From the human T2T-CHM13v2.0 reference genome, Homo sapiens, in the NCBI RefSeq assembly GCF_009914755.1, contig NC_060925.1: a stretch of 64,000 nt of DNA. One strand, 5' to 3'. The notes below the pieces were generated by a model. The model made no database searches. It saw only the letters and a list, made by a program, of their open reading frames with translations, and was not told where the DNA came from. Position 1 is the stretch's first letter, and each line of letters starts with the position of its first letter. The translations under genes and the position numbers were made by a program. This document shows positions 57,001 to 64,000 of this stretch, piece after piece.

Positions 57001-57671
57001 AATAAACACAGTCAAAAATGACAAAGGGGACATTACCACCAAACCCACAGAAATACAAAAAACCCTCAGAGACTACTATGAACACCTCTATGCACAAACT
57101 AGAAAACATAGAAGAAATGAATAAATTTCTGGAAACATACAACCTCCCAAGATTGGACCAGGAAGAAATTTAATCCCTGAACAGACCAATAGTAAAGTGA
57201 AATTGAATGAATAATAAAAAGCCTACCAACCAGACAATGCCCAGGACCAGATGAGCTCACAGTTGAGTTCTACCAGATGCATAGAGAGGAACTGGTATTG
57301 TTCCTACTAAAACCATTCCAAATGCTTGAGGAAGAGAGACTCCTCCCTAACTCATTTTATGAGGCCAGCATCATCCTGACACCAAAACCTGGCAGAGACA
57401 CAACAAAAAATGAAAGCTTCAGGCCAGTATCAATGATGAACATGGATGCAAAAATCCTTAACAAAATACTAGCAAACCAAATCCGGCTGCACATCCAAAA
57501 GCTAATCCTTCATGATCAAGTGGACTTTATCCCTGGGATGCAAGGTTGGTTTAATATATACAAATCAATTAATGTGATTTACCACATAAACAGAACTATA
57601 AGCAAAAACCACATGATCATTTCAACAGATACAGAAAAGGCTTTCAATAAAATTCAACATGCTTCACGTTA

Positions 57672-57995
<324 letters not shown>

Positions 57996-59534
57996 CTAGG
58001 CCCTGAAGAAACATACTTCAAAATATTAAGAGCCATCTATGAAAAACCCACAGCCAACATCATACTGAATTGAGCAAAAGTTAGAAGCATTCCCCTTGAA
58101 ACCAGAACAAGAAAAGGATGCCCTCTCTCACCACTCTATTCAACATATACAGCACTGGAAGTCCTAGCCAGAGCAATCAGGCAAGAGAAAGAAATAAAAG
58201 GCATCCAAATAGGAAGAGAGGAAGTCAAACTATCTCTGTTTGCAGATGATATGATAGTATACCTAGGAAACTCCACAATATCTGTCCAAAAGCTACTAGC
58301 TCTGATAAACAACTCCAGCAATGTTTCAGGATACAAAATCAATGTACGAAAATCAGTACCATTTCTACATACCTACAATGTCCAAGCTGAGAGTCAATTC
58401 AAGAACACAATCTCATTTACAGTAGCCACAAGGAAATGCAATACCTAGGAATACAGCTAACTAGGGAGGTGAAAGATCTCTACAATGAGAATTACAAAAG
58501 ACTGCATGAAGATATTAGATATGACACAAAGAAATGAAAAAACATTTCATGCTCAATAGGAAGCATGAATATTATGAAAATGGCCATACTGCCCAGAGCA
58601 ATTTACAGATTCAATGCTATTTCTACCAAACTACCAAGGACATTCTTCACACAATTAGAAAAGACTATTTTAAAATTCATATGGAACCAAAAAGGAGCCT
58701 GAATAGCCAAGATAATCCTAAGCAAAAAGAACCTAAGCAGAAAGCTGGAGGCACCACATTACCCAACTTCAAACTATACTACAAGGCTGCAGTAACCATA
58801 ACAGCACGTTACTGGTATAAAAACAGACACACAGACTCATGGAATGGAGAGCCCAGAAATAATGCTGCACATCTACAACCATCTGATCTTCGACAAAGTT
58901 GACAAAAACAAATGGGGAAAGGCTCCCTATTCAATAAATGGTGTTGGGGTAGCTGGTTAGTCATATGCAGAAGACTGAAACTGGACCCCTTCCTTACAGC
59001 ATATACAAAAATCAACTTAAGATGGATTAAAGACTCAAATGTAAAACCTAAAACTACAAAAACCCTAGAAGACAACCTAGAAGATACCATTCTGGACATA
59101 GGCCCTGGCAAAGATTTCATAACAAAGACATCAAAAGCAATTCCAATAAAAACAAAAATTGACAAATGAGACCCAATTAAACTAAAGAGCTTCTGCACAG
59201 CAAAAGAAACTATCAACAGAGTAATCACACAACCTACAGAATGGGAGAAAATATTTGCAACCTACAGAATGGGAGGAGATATTTGCATCCAATAAAGGTC
59301 TAATATCCAGAATCTATAAGAAACTTAAATTAATGAGCAAAAAACAAACAACCCCATTAAAAAGTAGGCAAAGGACACGATCAGATACTTTTTGAAAGAA
59401 GCCATATATTTGGCCAAAAAAGCATACACAAAATGCTTAGTATCACTAATTATCAGAGAAATGCAAGTCAAAACCACAATGAGATACCATGTTATACCAG
59501 TCAGAATGGCTATTATTAAAAACAAAAAATAATG

Positions 59535-60001
<467 letters not shown>

Positions 60002-61082
60002 TCAACTGCAAGAAACATTTTTTTCTCAAGTTAATCAGTGTCTTTTAATGTATAATACCATAAAAGTCCTTAGTAAAAACAATATTCTGAAAAATAAATA
60101 AATAAATAAATAATAGATGCTGGCAAGGTTGCTAAGAAAAGGGAATGCTTATACACTGTTGGTGGGAATGTAAATTAGTTCAGCCTTTGTGGAAAGCAGT
60201 TTGGCAATCTCTCAAAGAACTTAAGAAAGAATTACCGTCCTACCCCACAATCCCATTATTGGGTATATACACAAAGGAACATCAATCATCACACCATAAA
60301 AGACACATGTACTCATATGTTCATTGCAACAGTATTCACAATAGCTAAGACATGGAATTAACCTAAATACTCATCAATGGTAGACTGGATGAAGAAAATA
60401 TCGTACATTTACACCATGGAATACACCACAGCCATAAAAAAAGAATGAGATCATGTCCTCTGCAGCAATATGGATGGAGCTGGAGGGCATTATTCTAAAC
60501 GAACTAACACAGGAACAGAAAACCAAATATTGCATGTTTTCACTTACAAGTGGGAGCTAAACACTGAGCATACATGGACACAAAGAAAAGAACAACAGAC
60601 ACTGGGGACTACTTGAGAGTGGAGAGTGGGAGGAGGGTGAAGATCAAAAAAACTACCTATCAGGTACTATGCTTATTACCTGGGTGATGAAATAATCTGC
60701 ACACCATACCCCAGTGACACACAATTTACCTATATAACAAACCTGCTCATGTACCCCTGAACCTAAAATAACTTTAAATAAAATAAATATCATTAGACAC
60801 CCATTAACATCTAATTAATAAAATTTTTAAAATAAAAAACAAAAGCACTTTGGGATAAGGCTACTCAAGAACAAGAAATGATTTAATGGCAAAGACTACA
60901 AGACAATGCCCACTGCCTTTCCCTATGTACTATTCTGGTATCATTAATTGAAAGATGTAACTCCTGTATATCTTGCTACTTATAGACATAAGTTTACATT
61001 TAAAATGCTTTAACATAACACCTACAATTAAAAAAGGATTATAAATATGTGAGTATTTTGAGGTTCTGGACAAAGGATTCCA

Positions 61083-61186
61083 GGAAGCTCAGCTGGGGAA
61101 AATTGTTTGAGCCTAGGAGTTTGAGGCTTCAGTGGGGCATGACTGCATCACTGCATTCTAGCCTAGGTGACAGAGTGAGACTCTGT
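61083..61186 (+). mobile_element. FAM/FRAM-like Alu monomer
   Basis: ttgagcctaggagtttgaggct...gacagagtgagactctg. Confidence 0.7.
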
Positions 61187-61209
61187 TTTTACTTTAAGTA
61201 TGACATTTA

Positions 61210-61885
61210 AAAATGTGACATCAGATCCAGCCATCCCACTTCTGAGTCTGCAGCCAAAGTAATTAAAATGTGTTGAAGAGATGTCTGCACTTCCCTGTTC
61301 GTTGCAGGATTATTCACGATAGCCAAGAGATGGGAACAATCTATGTGCCCGTCAATAGATGAACAGATACAAAAATGTGGTATATACACAATGGCATACT
61401 ATTCAGCCTTAAAAAAGAACAAAATTCTGTCATTTGCAACAACATGAATGAGTCTAGAGAACATTCTGCTAAGTGAAATAAGACAGGCACAGAAAGACAA
61501 ATATCACACACATGCTCTCACTTACATATGGAATCTAAACATCTGAATCCACATATGAAGTAGAGGGTATAATGGTAGTTACCAGAGGCAAAGGCATACA
61601 GTGAGCTCCGTGGATAAAGAGAAAATATCAATCAGAGGGTCTCTTTGATCAGTTAGACAGAAGGAAAATATTCTGGTGATCTAATGCACAGTAAGGTGAA
61701 TACAGTTAAGAAATAATGTATCACTCAAAATTGCTAAAAGGGTGGATTTTAAGTCTTACCACAAAGAAATGGTAAGTATATGAGATGACGGATACGTATT
61801 TACTCATTCTAAAATGTACACATGTATTGAAACATCATATTGTACCTCATAAACATACACACTTATTAAACATCAATTTAAAAAT
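61210..61885 (+). mobile_element. L1MA-type 3' fragment
   Basis: gatccagccatcccacttctg...attcagccttaaaaaag...ctaagtgaaataag...cttaccacaaa. Confidence 0.75.
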
Positions 61886-62865
61886 CTGAAGCTGAATTAA
61901 AGAATATTTCTAACGCATAAATAAACTATGCACATTGAGACCACAGTTTGAGATGCTACTTTATTCAGCTTTTAAAATGACCCAATAATAAATTATTTGG
62001 GGAGTACACAATTGATGGCACGGAGGCAACAGACATCAGTTTGCAGGTAGACTAAACAATACTACTAACACACAACATTTGCTGTCTTTCTTCCCCCAAA
62101 ATACAAGCTATAATCAATTTCATTGTCATTTCATGCTGATAGCATCTTTCAAGACACACAAAATTGTCACTCTTTCCTTCTTTTCACATGTACTAATAAC
62201 AGAAGAACATTTAACTAGTATTTATTACTCATAAAGCATGGCTGAGGCATGTGGGGGAGGGATAAGGCATTTGCCAAACACTATACAGCTAATAAGAGTC
62301 ACAGAGTCGAGATCAGAATCTGAATTTATAGATTCAGGACAAAACCTGGTTTGAAACAACCTGAACTACTTTTTCAGACTGAAAATGCACCTGCTAAATG
62401 TTTTAAATCTTTCCATATTCAACCTGAGTTCTTAAAAACTAAAATAGTATCCAATATAGTAAAAGTAGCTTTAAGAAAGATCAAAAAGAGAAAAAATAAG
62501 ATAAATGGTTCAAATAATAACAGACCTATTTTTCTGCTATATCTCAAAAACAAAATTAAAGCTATGCCTACTAGGCTCCAGTAAATTAGGTTTGTTAACA
62601 GCACTGATTTAACAAACTTTATTAAACAAATAGCTGCATGTTAGGTTAAATCCATTGCTAGATCTTAGAGATCTAACAATATACAATAATCCCTACCCTC
62701 AAAGAGATCACAATACTTCACATCAGACACCATTTTATAGGAGGACAAATGCTTTAAAATAATTCTTTAAATTTATTCAAGATAAGAAAACAGAATTCAG
62801 AAGGTTTTGGGTATTGAAATGAAACTGCAATAAGGACCCTAAAAACATTAACAACCCAGTGAAAT

Positions 62866-62884
62866 TACCACTAGGTGTCACTGT
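62866..62884 (+). promoter_or_regulatory. CTCF motif (forward)
   Basis: taccactaggtgtcactgt matches the core with one mismatch. Confidence 0.45.
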
Positions 62885-64000
62885 GATACAAAGTTCTTAG
62901 CTGCCTTTGGGCTCGCTTTCAAACCTTGTTGCATCTTCCTGGTAATAACGTGGAAAAGGTGCATAATCTGATTGAGCATCTCTTTGCATTGTATTATTTA
63001 TATGTATACAGCTACAGAAAAAATATTATTTATATAATTTCAGTAACACTGAAATGAGTTATATCTATAATAATTCTATTGCTGGTCACATAAACTTTAA
63101 TGAGTGTACATTTTTAAAATTTCCTGTGATGGATGAATTAATATATACACATATATTCATATACTCATTTATTGAGCCATTTGTTTCCTCAACAAGCACT
63201 ACTCTGTGCCAAACACTGTGCTAGAATAAAGAATCTAGAGAGGAATAAGACCTGCTCTCTAAGTGTGAGGAGTTAACATTCATAAGGAAAATCTGAAACA
63301 CAAAGGGTAAGATGTGTTAAAATCCATGTTTAAAGCATATACAAAATTTTATGGGATCATAGCGGATGATTCAACTTAACTGTATGTCCAGAAAGGTTAG
63401 GAAAGGCTTCATAGAAGAGGAAATATTTACATGGGATCTTGGAAGCTGTGTAGGAGTTTTCTGGAAAGCTAAAGCAAGAAAAGGTTTATCAAACAGAATA
63501 GAGGAAATACAGAGCCACTGAAAGGCACATGAGGAGATGCGTGTTTTAGAAAAATCACCACAGGGCAACTATATAGAAAAGATGGACTAAAGGAAGAAAG
63601 AAACGAACATATGGAAATCAGGGGAATTATCTTAATTAATCAAAGAAATCCTTGAACTGTAACAAAGGGGGACGAAAAAAAAAGGAGAGATTCAGTCATA
63701 ATGTGATAGAATTCACAAAACTTTATTGACTAAGTGCAGTGAAGTCAGAAAAAAATTCTATCAAGTCTAAGTATTATCCTTAAGTATGCCTTCCCTAGTT
63801 ACACATACAAACATGCCAACAGGGAAAACAGAGAAAGTATATAACATGATTCTCTGCCTGCCATAATACTCATAAGGCAATAACTATAATCCAGAACAAA
63901 TAAAACTGGAACAGCTAGAAGAAGCAGGAGCAGGTAGATATCATATAATAACAATATCTGATTTAAAATTCATTTTGAGTCAAACTGTGTTTATAGTATG

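Noticed and set aside
59228-59290. ~28-bp tandem duplication caacctacagaatgggag inside the old L1
   Set aside because: Ordinary post-insertion slippage in a dead element.

Overview
Hominoid (human or great-ape) genomic DNA from inside the FAF1 gene (Fas-associated factor 1), which lies on the minus strand. Only two coding exons are present, both 92 nt with canonical GT-AG sites. 32712-32621 encodes GEIKQILENELQIPVSKMLLKGWKTGDVEDS and 26891-26800 encodes TVLKSLHLPKNNSLYVLTPDLPPSSSSSHAG. From memory of the human gene these are exons 5 and 6, in the UBL1 domain and the linker after it. The rest is intron: about 50 Alu/FLAM copies, a 5'-inverted (twin-primed) L1PA3-like insertion, a near full-length old L1PA15/16-like element, complete MST and THE1 MaLR proviruses, solo LTRs (LTR12, MLT2A, MER34-like, MLT1), old L1M/L2/MIR/hAT fragments and a 3'-truncated U6 retrocopy. 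Almost all ORF-track entries are repeat-derived. I found no evidence for a new multi-gene system. The most unusual items are two composite insertions (Alu + unique sequence + A-tail inside one TSD pair), a near-perfect 97-bp-arm hairpin in an ancient L1, a 36-bp-arm inverted repeat around an RY microsatellite just upstream of exon 6, a possible Pro-to-Ser difference from the FAF1 sequence I recall, and divergent CTCF motifs flanking the exons. Repeat subfamily names and most repeat boundaries were called by eye and are approximate.
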